Position numbers and translations under genes: made by a program. From a virus: a stretch of 64,000 nt of DNA. The DNA lies in IMG/VR virus record IMGVR_UViG_3300023174_000067, positions 70,634-134,633 of that record. One strand, given 5' to 3'. Positions 20,345 through 30,279 of this stretch are shown one piece after another (position 1 is the stretch's first letter; every line of letters starts with the position of its first letter). The notes beneath the pieces were generated by a model. It worked only from the letters and a program-made list of their open reading frames with translations, was not told where the DNA came from and did not search any database.

Positions 20345-22825
20345 TTAATTTTTTTTTCTTATAACACTGGTTACACTCCAATCAGGACTACTTTGATATA
20401 TTTGAATGCTTTCAATATTTTCATTTAAGTATTCCATCTCTTCTTGGGTCATGTAGTCCGAGTAAATTTTACCTGTTTTAATAAAATCTTGTAACATTGT
20501 TAATGTTATTGTTTTTTCTCGGTCACCCCAATTAGTCCAATGGTTTGGTTTATTCATCAACTCTATTGAAGTATGAAGGTCTTCTAAAACGTATATACCT
20601 CCTGGTTTAACACTTTTAAATAATTTTGCTAAAGTAATTTGTTGGTCTCTCATTATATGAGAACCGTCATCCATAATGACATCAACAGATGGGTATTGAT
20701 TACTTAATTTAATTAAATCCTCTTCTTTTGATTGGTCTCCGTCAATAAACGTCATTCGGTGTCTTGGGGTATCTCCTAATTTGTCTAAACTATAGGGTAG
20801 GTTATATTCAACACCAACAATTTCCGCATTTATAAAATAATCTCTCCATAGTTTTATTGATTCGCAATCGTATATACCTATTTCCATGAAAATTTTACAT
20901 TCTTCGCGAATTGGTTTAAAAAGGTCGTTATATATTAATTCAAAATATCTGTGACCATGGTGTTTATCCGTTGCATAATATTGTACAATATCTAATAATT
21001 GTTCACCTTTAGGTATTGGAATATTAAATAAATTATAATATGCCATATCGATAGTTCTATTTAATAGATTTCCATAAGAAAAGGCGTGAAAAATAAAATT
21101 TTTATTTACGGTATCTTTAAAATATCTACCGTTTAAAACTTTATTATCAATTACTTTTATTTTATCACTAACACCAATTTCATTTTTTAATAAGTGAGAA
21201 AAACAAGTTTGGTCGTGCCATAAACCATTTTCATAAAATCCTTTTTGTAATGGACTACCTCCTTCTAATTCATCACACACATCATACCATCTTTGTAAAA
21301 ACCATCTAACCCATTCTGTGTTTTTTATTAGTATGACGCCAGCATTCATTGCACTTGGACCATAATCTTCAGTCACAACAATATCTTTTCCTTCAATAAT
21401 AAAATCTTCAATATGATAAGAATTATCAACAACAATTGCATCGGCATCTAAGAATAATACATAATCAGGAGAATGGGTATTTAACACATCAAGAAGAAGA
21501 TGTGGTTTATACCAAGTAAATGCCCTTCTACCTATTTTTTCTCTAATTTTATTACCATCGTTCTCAACATGATAAATGTAGTTTTTTTCATTACAATATT
21601 TTTCATTTATTGATTTGGTATATTTTGAATATGAAACATTATCGGTCCAAAATTGTGATAACACTATTTTTTTATTATCATTCATTTGTTTTTTTTCTAT
21701 TTTAACTTCTTGATTATTTTTTTTTGTTGTTTTAATAAAAAACCCATTTTCAGTTTTAACATATTCATTTTGTAAATCAAAATAATTTGTTTCATTGATT
21801 ATTGTCAAATAATCAAAAATTTCTGATTGGAGTTCATTCTTATCTTTATAAAAAAAGTAAATAAACCCACCATCATTAACACTATCGATATATTTGATAA
21901 ATGCATTTTTTTCATGTGTTTTATTGAAATCAAATTTTGTATTGTAAAAAACTAATTCGTTTATTGAATTTTTGGCAAATGGACATTCAGCCGTAACAGC
22001 ATAGTGATTTCTGGCAACAGTACCATAATGCTCCCAATTAAACATATCTTTATCCATAGAATAAAAAATCGGGGTTCTCACAAAATCGCTATCCCAAGTA
22101 TTAACTATTAATGGAGTTCCATAGTCTAATGGATAGTTTAATATCACCTTCCTTTTTATAGGATTATTATCATAATAATAAGAGATAATATCATCAACAA
22201 AGTATTGTCTTTTACCGTTAGTATAGTGAATAGAAAAATAATCTTCACTAACTATATATTGATGACATAATAAATTAGATGTTTTTCTTTTGTACGGATG
22301 TTTGTCAAAAAATTTCCAAAGAGTAACATCTTCAATAAAAATATTTTCGACATTAACATCGTTAATTAAATCTTCACAAACTTTTTTTGACATGAAGACA
22401 CCAGCACCTCCTCCATGAGAATGTACGACATCATATCCATTTATTTCTTCTATCATTTTATCAAGAGCGAATGAGTTAATATAAGAACCATCATCAGTTC
22501 TAAAAATATAATCAAATTCTTTATTTTTTAGACACCAATCTACCGCCTCTTTTAATCTTTCATACATTAATGAGCCAATACCTTCATCTTTTAATGAATG
22601 ATAATCATAACTTTCATTAGATATTAAATGGAGTATTTTATTTTTTTCATCATAACTTTGAGTATCGTTATTACCGTCAAAAAATATAACTTCATGACCC
22701 ATTTTTTCTATTCTTGGCACCCAAGTCTCCATACAAGACATTTTACGAGTTAAGTCAGCTCTATCAATTCTTATTCCGTGCCCATCATATTTGTGTGAGG
22801 TAAACCCCAAAAAAAGTATTTTCAT
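20345..22825 (-). CDS. Multidomain protein: GT31-like + GT34-like + class I SAM O-methyltransferase
   Basis: FDYIFRTDDGSY; FLDADA...NAGVILIKN...HDQ; TDK..H.Y, EIG, GDQS, DDGSH, PGGIYVLEDL. Confidence 0.75.
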   Translation of the reverse strand: MKILFLGFTSHKYDGHGIRIDRADLTRKMSCMETWVPRIEKMGHEVIFFDGNNDTQSYDEKNKILHLISNESYDYHSLKDEGIGSLMYERLKEAVDWCLKNKEFDYIFRTDDGSYINSFALDKMIEEINGYDVVHSHGGGAGVFMSKKVCEDLINDVNVENIFIEDVTLWKFFDKHPYKRKTSNLLCHQYIVSEDYFSIHYTNGKRQYFVDDIISYYYDNNPIKRKVILNYPLDYGTPLIVNTWDSDFVRTPIFYSMDKDMFNWEHYGTVARNHYAVTAECPFAKNSINELVFYNTKFDFNKTHEKNAFIKYIDSVNDGGFIYFFYKDKNELQSEIFDYLTIINETNYFDLQNEYVKTENGFFIKTTKKNNQEVKIEKKQMNDNKKIVLSQFWTDNVSYSKYTKSINEKYCNEKNYIYHVENDGNKIREKIGRRAFTWYKPHLLLDVLNTHSPDYVLFLDADAIVVDNSYHIEDFIIEGKDIVVTEDYGPSAMNAGVILIKNTEWVRWFLQRWYDVCDELEGGSPLQKGFYENGLWHDQTCFSHLLKNEIGVSDKIKVIDNKVLNGRYFKDTVNKNFIFHAFSYGNLLNRTIDMAYYNLFNIPIPKGEQLLDIVQYYATDKHHGHRYFELIYNDLFKPIREECKIFMEIGIYDCESIKLWRDYFINAEIVGVEYNLPYSLDKLGDTPRHRMTFIDGDQSKEEDLIKLSNQYPSVDVIMDDGSHIMRDQQITLAKLFKSVKPGGIYVLEDLHTSIELMNKPNHWTNWGDREKTITLTMLQDFIKTGKIYSDYMTQEEMEYLNENIESIQIYQSSPDWSVTSVIRKKN

Positions 22826-22840
22826 ATTTGTTGTGTTATT

Positions 22841-24094
22841 TTATAGATTACCTGTTATTCTTTCACACCACCCTTTAGATTCAGAATGTGGCCATACCAC
22901 CCAGTATGATGGTTTATGAGACGTTTGAAACTCTCTCCACACTTTACAATAACCATCAGGGTCTCTCATCATCATTTCAATTTCATTTTTATCGGCATCT
23001 TTTCTGAATATTGTTTCATCATTACTGTCATGGAATGCAACTACCCAAAAATCATAATCTTTTTCAGGTACCTGAGTATATCCAATATCAATACAATGTT
23101 TGAAGATTTTTGCGAAACTTTTTCTCCATTCATCTTCATTTTCAAAATGATATGGATTTGGTGGATATTGTTTATCTAATGTATATTGTTGTACTGACCT
23201 ATCACTAAAAAGTAATCCACAATATTTTTCATAATCCATTAAAGTTCTTTCAGTACCAAACCCATATATTCCAAATTCTTTTGGGTCGTATGTTTCACCG
23301 TCCATACTAAATAATCTTCTATTTTTAGAATGTGCTCTTGAATTTTTTTCACCCCAAGTTTTATCATCATCCCACTGCTTGGTTCTACCCTTACGAGTAT
23401 ATTCGTGCCAAATAACTGTTTTGTGAGGATGAAATAAATCATATCCATGTGTGTAGGCTCTTGCCGCAATTGATATTTCTTCCCCATGAAAATAAAATTC
23501 AGGGTCATGTTGAACTTCTTTAGAAAATTGACCAACAGTAAAACAAAAATGTGCGGAATAAAATCTTGATGGAATTGGTTCTTTTAAATCTTGCCAACCT
23601 GGTATAGTTTCAGGTAAAAAGAACACCGCTCCCTCGGGAATAAACCTATCAAACGACATTCTCCATGGGTCCCTAATTCTCATCATTGGGTCATTATCAG
23701 GGTCAAAAGAAGAAACATATCCAGTTAATAAAGGTTTTTTATATCCTTTCTTTTGTAGTTGTTTAATCATATCGATTAAAGTCTTATCCCAATCTTTTTC
23801 AAATCTCATATGAGAATCAATTTGTAAGGTATATTCTTCTCCTTTATATAACTGTTGTGTTAAATTTCTAGCCCAACATACCCCGTTAGATTCGTTATAT
23901 GGAATATTTAAAATACTAAATCTTTTATCTTTTTCATATTCAGATAAATTATCAAACCCATCCTCAGGATGGAATTGTCTTGCAATACCTAACCTTAAAT
24001 TTTTTGGGTTTTTAGCATTTTCAATCATGCTTTGAATGGTGGGGATTAATTGTGGGTCACGATAGCTAGCAATTTGTACAAATATTCTATTCAT
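22841..24094 (-). CDS. GT60-like peptide/hydroxyproline GlcNAc-transferase
   Basis: IFVQIASYRD, G.CWAR, QIDSHMRF..WD and FHGEE....R.YT.GYD match the Skp1 GlcNAc-transferase (Gnt1)/GT60 pattern. Confidence 0.8.
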   Translation of the reverse strand: MNRIFVQIASYRDPQLIPTIQSMIENAKNPKNLRLGIARQFHPEDGFDNLSEYEKDKRFSILNIPYNESNGVCWARNLTQQLYKGEEYTLQIDSHMRFEKDWDKTLIDMIKQLQKKGYKKPLLTGYVSSFDPDNDPMMRIRDPWRMSFDRFIPEGAVFFLPETIPGWQDLKEPIPSRFYSAHFCFTVGQFSKEVQHDPEFYFHGEEISIAARAYTHGYDLFHPHKTVIWHEYTRKGRTKQWDDDKTWGEKNSRAHSKNRRLFSMDGETYDPKEFGIYGFGTERTLMDYEKYCGLLFSDRSVQQYTLDKQYPPNPYHFENEDEWRKSFAKIFKHCIDIGYTQVPEKDYDFWVVAFHDSNDETIFRKDADKNEIEMMMRDPDGYCKVWREFQTSHKPSYWVVWPHSESKGWCERITGNL

Positions 24095-24160
24095 TATATT
24101 TTTTATTTAAACTAAAAATAAAAAATATGAAATAAAAGTAGAGACTTACTTAAAAAAAAA

Positions 24161-25861
24161 TTAACAAGGACCATTAGGTTCAATAGTTACATTACCTAAA
24201 GGTATAACTGTGTCATATAAAGCACAAACACTAACTAAACCATCAAAAGATGTTATTGAACTAGATTGAGTAACCCCATTACAATCAGTATATGAATATT
24301 CTTGAGCTAATTCTTCAGTCGTACTTAAAATATATTCAAAGCAAAACACGGTTAATGTTGGTGTCGGTGTTGGGAATGGGACACATGTTGAATCTGAACA
24401 GGTACCTATTAAACTAGTTATTCCACCTTCATCATCAAGTATACCTGAAGCACAGAACGTTGTTGAGCTTGATTCGGGTATTTCAATTGTAACAGATGAA
24501 CCATCTGTACAATTTGCATATGTTACAAATGACGAATCAATATATATGTTTGTGGCGTTATAACAATTACAAATAAGCGAATTTGTTGGTGTTACTGTTG
24601 GAGTTGGTGTGGGTGTCGGAGTTTCTGTTGATGTTGGTGTTGGGGTTTGACATGGAAATAAACCAAAACAATCGGTACAGTCGTTAAATTTAACATTAAT
24701 ATTACCACGATAAGTAAGAGTGGTCGAAAGTGGTATAAGTGTATATCTAGCACATCCCTCAAAATTACCAGGTGAAGAAACATAATAAGTTGCATCTTGT
24801 TCTGCACCTGATATTGGTGACCCACTTTCAATTTGAAAAATAAATTCAATCCCTGTACAACAGGAACTAAACCCATAAGTACCGATAGTTGTTGTTGGTG
24901 TAGGTGTTTCAGTTGGGGTAGATGTTAATGTAGGTGTTGGTGTTAATGTTGGTGTTTCAGTTGGTGTAGGTGTTGGTGTTGGGGTTAAATCATAACAAGG
25001 TCCATCAACTGTAAAAGTAATTCCTGGGTCATAACTTTCAGAACCGATAAGTATACAAAGAGTTTTAGGGCCTGTTTCCTGACTAACTACATCATCACCT
25101 CCTGTTCCATCACAAAGAGTATAATCAAAAATTAAATCATTAACGTTTGTTGTCGAAAATGTACATTGTATACAACTTACTGTAGATGTCGGTGTAGGTG
25201 TTTCAGTTGGTATTAGTTCTACTGTCGGTGTAGGTGTTTCAGTTGGTATTAGTTCTACTGTTGGTGTAGGTGTTAATGTCGGTGTAGGTGTAGGTGTTTC
25301 AGTTGGTATTAGTTCTACTGTTGGTGTAGGTGTTAATGTCGGTGTAGGTGTAGGTGTTTCAGTTGGTATTAGTTCTACTGTCGGTGTAGGTGTAGGTGTT
25401 AATGTTGGAGTTTTAGTTGTTGTTGGAGTTCCAAAATAACATTTAGTTGTTGTTGGAGTAAGTGTTGGTGTTGGAGTTAAAGTATTTGTTGATGTAACTG
25501 TTGGAGTTGGTGTTGGGAATGTACAAGGTCTTTGAGTTCTTGTTAATGTTGGTGTATTTGTCGGAGTTAACGTTGGAGTCTCAGTTGGGGTTAGTGTAGG
25601 TGTTGAAGTTAATGTTGGGGTTGGTGTTGGGGTTGCAGTTGGTCTAGGTACATAAACAATATATGGGCAATTATCATTTGCCGCTAGTATATCATATTGA
25701 CCATATATTTCTAATTCAGGATTAATCGTGCTACTATCAAAGAAATAAGGAATTTCAACTTCACCTAATTCATAAAATAAATCTGAAATATCGGGTTTAA
25801 ATACGACATTTACGTATTGAAAAAGATAATTATAACTTGATATTACTATTTGTTGATTCAT
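24161..25861 (-). CDS. Mucin-like Pro/Thr-repeat protein with small Cys-rich domains
   Basis: Extensive (TP)n and TPTPTVELIPTE repeats separated by Y..C.G...C modules. Confidence 0.7.
   Translation of the reverse strand: MNQQIVISSYNYLFQYVNVVFKPDISDLFYELGEVEIPYFFDSSTINPELEIYGQYDILAANDNCPYIVYVPRPTATPTPTPTLTSTPTLTPTETPTLTPTNTPTLTRTQRPCTFPTPTPTVTSTNTLTPTPTLTPTTTKCYFGTPTTTKTPTLTPTPTPTVELIPTETPTPTPTLTPTPTVELIPTETPTPTPTLTPTPTVELIPTETPTPTVELIPTETPTPTSTVSCIQCTFSTTNVNDLIFDYTLCDGTGGDDVVSQETGPKTLCILIGSESYDPGITFTVDGPCYDLTPTPTPTPTETPTLTPTPTLTSTPTETPTPTTTIGTYGFSSCCTGIEFIFQIESGSPISGAEQDATYYVSSPGNFEGCARYTLIPLSTTLTYRGNINVKFNDCTDCFGLFPCQTPTPTSTETPTPTPTPTVTPTNSLICNCYNATNIYIDSSFVTYANCTDGSSVTIEIPESSSTTFCASGILDDEGGITSLIGTCSDSTCVPFPTPTPTLTVFCFEYILSTTEELAQEYSYTDCNGVTQSSSITSFDGLVSVCALYDTVIPLGNVTIEPNGPC
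25187..25400. repeat. Coding tandem repeat (TPTPTVELIPTE units)
   Basis: 25261-25320 and 25321-25380 are identical 60-mers; the core gtttcagttggtattagttctactg occurs four times. Confidence 0.9.
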
Positions 25862-25866
25862 TTCTA

Positions 25867-28800
25867 TTAAAAATTATTTTCTATTGCTAAACAAATTTCA
25901 CCGTTTTCAAATATTAATCTTGACATGTCATCAAATGATATAAATGCATGTCCTCCGACACCCCAACTTTGTCCCCAACTATTTTTTATTCTGAAGAGTT
26001 TATTAACCGTATCAACACCATTTATTACATACGCATGACCTCCTGCTAAATATCCTGATATCTTTATTAATCCGTTTATATTTGGATAAAACATACTATA
26101 ATACCAATTGGTACCAACAACCACAGGTCCTAAAGTTAGTACGGTATTTATTAAAGTGTTTACATCAAACGCCCAATAATATGATGATATTTTAGATATA
26201 TTTTGAAGATATCTAGCACCCGCTCTAACTGATGTACCATCATATGATTCTCCAGGCCAAGCATCTATTTTTTGAGCCTCACTATATATTAAATCAGGAG
26301 AAACGACAGGATGAACCCCAGAATGAATAATCGGTCCGTCTTCAATCCAATGAGTCCAAGCGTACCCTACACATTTTGGACTATTACCTTGGTCTCCCCA
26401 CCAAATATTATCTTGCCAATATTTTGATGTTGGTAGTTGTGGTTTTGTTAAAGTTGGTGTAGGAGTTGGAGTCTTAGTTGGAGTAGGCGTTGGTGTTGGT
26501 GTTTTAGTTTTTGTTGGGGTTGGTGTTGGTAATATTACTTTAGTTTTGGTTGGAGTTGGTGATAAAGAACTTTTAGTTAATGTTGGTGTTTTGGTTTTTG
26601 TTGGTGTAGGTGTTGGTGGTACTCTATTTATTTTTGATTTAATATGTTCGTAATGGTCGGAAATTAAATAATTTTTATCTCTCTCATCTATAGATATTTT
26701 TCTACCTAATTTATTTTTAGTTTGACCAATATATATCGGGTCTATTATTTCGTAAGTGAAATCATCAGGTAAACAACAATTAGGACAGTCATAGCTGAAT
26801 AAATTAAATTTATCTTTTAATAATAAAAAGTTATGTTTTATTTCATCCGCGCTAAGAGGTTCGGTGTACATTCTAAATTGAGATATACCTCCGTCAAATG
26901 AACCGCCAAAATTTTGTTCAATAATTATATTTGTTTTTAATTCAGAATATGAACTACCACTTAAAATATTATTTGGTAAACATTCAGGGTCCTGTTGATA
27001 AGTTAAACCTGTTAATGATGTTGGACATCCAGTAAAAGTTAAGTTGTTATGTAATCCCTGCGTACCCCCACCCCAAGAGATATTAAACGGAACCCCGACT
27101 TGTTTTTCTTTATCCGTGTTTAAAGCTCTTGGTATTATTTCTTCAATATTTTCAAAAGTGTGAAATATTCTACCATTAACATAAATTTTTAATTTACCAC
27201 TTCTATAATTTTTTTCATCTAACCACTTTTGATTTAAATTAACTAATTCAATTTGACCAGGTACTTTACATCCATTTGTTGTTGGGGGAATAACAAGGTT
27301 AACCGAATTTCCCGCTAAAGAATCTAAATATTCAAACTTTGTTATATCTCCTAAACCACCATTATACCATAACTCACATTTGTCAAACCAAGTATATCGT
27401 TCCCAAACAAAGTCTAATTGAATCCAATGCTCTAAACTTAAAAATCCAGGACTTCCAATCTCAACACAAAAGTCATATATACTATTTGGAGTACATAAAT
27501 TATCAACAGTATATCCTGTTGTGTAGGTAATTCCTGTAGTTGGACAACTTCCAGTTGTTACGCAATCACCTGTAAATCTTAATATTCTAACACCAATTTG
27601 TGGATTCGTTGGGTCACCACAAAGTTTAAATGCAATTACATTCGACATTGCGTCAAATAATGGGTCAGTTTCACATGTATTTTCAATAGAACCTGTTCCA
27701 TCACCGCAACTATCACAAGTATTACATGTTGTAGTACAAGTATTACAATTACTAGTGCAATCACTAGTTGTTGTGGTTGTGGTCACATTAGATTCAAGAC
27801 AAGAGTGTGGTTTACATTCCCATCCACATATTGGTATTGGTTCACAACCACATGAACAAGTGTCACCTGTTTTTCCAATATATCCACTATCATTACAAAT
27901 TGTACAACCATAATTTAAATGTGGGTCATGTATACCACCTTCAGAATTTGGAGGATAAACATATATACATCTTGAATTTGTAACTTCATAATTACAACAA
28001 GCACAAGTTTCTAAACAAGTTAAACCACTAGTTACTCTAGGTATTCCCCAATTAGGTGAAATACCCGATAAATTATCAGTTGATTCTCCTTCATTATATT
28101 GATAAGGACATGGAGAGGAAAATAACATATCATTATAACAAACAGGGTCATTTATAAATGTACCACCACTATATTCATTCCATAGTGTTGTTGCGGAACT
28201 ATCTAAAGTCACCGTAATATCGTCAACTAACTCACCATCACCTTTAGTCCCAGCAATAATAGTTGGTTGTCCCTTAGGGCTTATTAATAACATTCCAACA
28301 TCACCCGCATAAGTGTGATAATAATTACTTAAAGTTAAACCAACATTAGTTATTGTGCTAGTTAAACCTGAAACCGTAAATGTTATTGGAAAAACGGATG
28401 CGGGACCATAACTTGGTATTGTTATATTATTTTGATTTGATGAAAAAATATGACAACCGTTTGAATCACATATTGTTAAACTTAAAGAGTCTATTGACCC
28501 ACTATCTCCACCATAAAAATCCTGAACATAAAATTCCCATGTACCATTTAATCCCAAATCCCCATTAATCGGAAGTGTACCATCGGAATGATGGTAAAAT
28601 TTATTTTCGGCTCTAGTACCAAAATAAAAGAAAATATCTTTATTATTAGGATAAAAATTATTTAATCGTGTTTCGCCAGGATTTAATGGAAATTCATCAC
28701 TAAACCTTGGTTTTATTAACATCTCAACTGACCAACCTTTATTTACTCTATCAGGAAATAATTCATAGTCATATCCAAATAATTTATAAAATCCTTGATA

Positions 28801-29370
28801 AAATCCCCCATATAATTCATGATAATTTCCAACGTTACCATCTTGTTTAGATACAATATCAAATAACATTCTATCTGTTAATGTTTCAAATTGTTTGTTT
28901 GGGGTCCATGTATAACCTGTAATTTGGTGTAATTTTAATCTTCTATCAAAAAATAATCTTTCAAATTTAACTAAATCAGGTAACAACCCTTGTGTAAAAA
29001 CTATTGTTTCTCCAGTCATTTGGTCGACAAGACCATTGTCAATACCTGTTAATCCAATATCACAAGATGTCTGAGCACTATAACAATATAAATCATCGTT
29101 ATTTGGGTTATATACATTTAATGATATAAGATTATTATCAGGATTATATTCTTCATATTCTAGTTTCCACATAGGATTACTATCAGGATTATTTAAATCA
29201 AAACTAAAAGGTAATTTATTACCATCTTCTTGACCTATTATTAATCTTGAAAAAATTACCTCATCTTTATAATCTCTTTCATCGGATGCCAATGAAAAAT
29301 CCTGAATATCTGATTTATCAATTAGATACCATTTATTAAAATTGTATTGATTTATATTTTGATATGCCAT
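25867..29370 (-). CDS. Large mosaic virion protein: LamG-like scaffold, P-domain insert, Cys-rich region, PT linker, C-terminal papain-like (C1) peptidase
   Basis: LKIYVNGR and F.GGISQFRMY..PLS..EI (LamG); HTYAGDV..LISP and GTW...VQD...GDSG (P-domain); DQG...CVGYA, GGHA and KNSWG (C1 catalytic Q/C/H/N). Confidence 0.75.
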   Translation of the reverse strand: MAYQNINQYNFNKWYLIDKSDIQDFSLASDERDYKDEVIFSRLIIGQEDGNKLPFSFDLNNPDSNPMWKLEYEEYNPDNNLISLNVYNPNNDDLYCYSAQTSCDIGLTGIDNGLVDQMTGETIVFTQGLLPDLVKFERLFFDRRLKLHQITGYTWTPNKQFETLTDRMLFDIVSKQDGNVGNYHELYGGFYQGFYKLFGYDYELFPDRVNKGWSVEMLIKPRFSDEFPLNPGETRLNNFYPNNKDIFFYFGTRAENKFYHHSDGTLPINGDLGLNGTWEFYVQDFYGGDSGSIDSLSLTICDSNGCHIFSSNQNNITIPSYGPASVFPITFTVSGLTSTITNVGLTLSNYYHTYAGDVGMLLISPKGQPTIIAGTKGDGELVDDITVTLDSSATTLWNEYSGGTFINDPVCYNDMLFSSPCPYQYNEGESTDNLSGISPNWGIPRVTSGLTCLETCACCNYEVTNSRCIYVYPPNSEGGIHDPHLNYGCTICNDSGYIGKTGDTCSCGCEPIPICGWECKPHSCLESNVTTTTTTSDCTSNCNTCTTTCNTCDSCGDGTGSIENTCETDPLFDAMSNVIAFKLCGDPTNPQIGVRILRFTGDCVTTGSCPTTGITYTTGYTVDNLCTPNSIYDFCVEIGSPGFLSLEHWIQLDFVWERYTWFDKCELWYNGGLGDITKFEYLDSLAGNSVNLVIPPTTNGCKVPGQIELVNLNQKWLDEKNYRSGKLKIYVNGRIFHTFENIEEIIPRALNTDKEKQVGVPFNISWGGGTQGLHNNLTFTGCPTSLTGLTYQQDPECLPNNILSGSSYSELKTNIIIEQNFGGSFDGGISQFRMYTEPLSADEIKHNFLLLKDKFNLFSYDCPNCCLPDDFTYEIIDPIYIGQTKNKLGRKISIDERDKNYLISDHYEHIKSKINRVPPTPTPTKTKTPTLTKSSLSPTPTKTKVILPTPTPTKTKTPTPTPTPTKTPTPTPTLTKPQLPTSKYWQDNIWWGDQGNSPKCVGYAWTHWIEDGPIIHSGVHPVVSPDLIYSEAQKIDAWPGESYDGTSVRAGARYLQNISKISSYYWAFDVNTLINTVLTLGPVVVGTNWYYSMFYPNINGLIKISGYLAGGHAYVINGVDTVNKLFRIKNSWGQSWGVGGHAFISFDDMSRLIFENGEICLAIENNF

Positions 29371-29379
29371 ATTACAATG

Positions 29380-29406
29380 ATAAATACCTTGTATCGCAGT
29401 ATTTAT
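29380..29406. promoter_or_regulatory. Back-to-back divergent putative late promoters
   Basis: ATAAATA at 29380-29386 serves the minus-strand gene and TATTTAT at 29400-29406 serves the plus-strand gene, in a 51-nt gap. Confidence 0.65.
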
Positions 29407-29421
29407 ATATAAATAATCGAC

Positions 29422-30279
29422 ATGATTGAATTAAACAAAGAATATTTTTTAAAACCTTATTACTTTTTTTTAACAGAAAAAACTAATAAACTATCGTTAT
29501 ACTATTCTGTTGGTGAAACTTTAAATGAATCTAAAAAAAATGACGATAAAATAGATTTTGATAAAAAAAATATAAATAAAGTTAAAAGCGGAATTTCTAA
29601 TATATTAAAATCAAAAAAGTTAAAAACAAAAGACCATATAAAAAAATATTTCGAACCAATTAATAAAGAAAAAGAAGAAATAGATGAGTTTATTGATGCT
29701 GACGGAACTTTAAAAAATTCAAGCACTCCTATTTTAGATATGGGTATGACACCACGTAAAACAACAGACCAAACAGTTGTTATGTCAAGAATGCCAAACA
29801 ATCCTGTTACTAGAGGTTATAGAAGATATTATGGTGAATCTACAGAAGGAGATGAGGAGGTGGTAAATGAGGTTGACTATTCTGAAGCATTTGGATATGA
29901 AGAAACTAAAGATATGGATGGTAAAGAAACTTATCATTATTTAGTTAAGAATATGGGTATGACTCCAGATGAGGCTAAAGAAAGAACAGAACAGTTTGGA
30001 AAAGATTATACGGGAAAAAGAACTAAAAACGCACCAAAATCTATTAGACATAAAAAAGGATTTATAGATAGAATGACTTTATCGGAAATAGAAAGACAAA
30101 AAATGATTAAAGTTGTTGAAGATATTTTAGTTAATAAGAATAAAAAAACTGGTGAAATTGATGAAAAAGAAGGTAAAGTTTCTAAAATAATTATGAAAAA
30201 TGTTGAGTCACTAAAAAAGATGGCAGATAAAGAAGGAATCACAATAAATCAATTAGTTAAAATGTTAAAAAGTGAATAA
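29422..30279 (+). CDS. Hypothetical charged protein (possible head protein)
   Basis: 285 aa; behind TATTTAT; contains LNE and VNE motifs. Confidence 0.6.
   Translation: MIELNKEYFLKPYYFFLTEKTNKLSLYYSVGETLNESKKNDDKIDFDKKNINKVKSGISNILKSKKLKTKDHIKKYFEPINKEKEEIDEFIDADGTLKNSSTPILDMGMTPRKTTDQTVVMSRMPNNPVTRGYRRYYGESTEGDEEVVNEVDYSEAFGYEETKDMDGKETYHYLVKNMGMTPDEAKERTEQFGKDYTGKRTKNAPKSIRHKKGFIDRMTLSEIERQKMIKVVEDILVNKNKKTGEIDEKEGKVSKIIMKNVESLKKMADKEGITINQLVKMLKSE

Noticed and set aside
25187-25400. Direct repeats resembling a CRISPR array
   Set aside because: The repeats are in-frame coding units (TPTPTVELIPTE) without unique spacers, and no cas genes are present.
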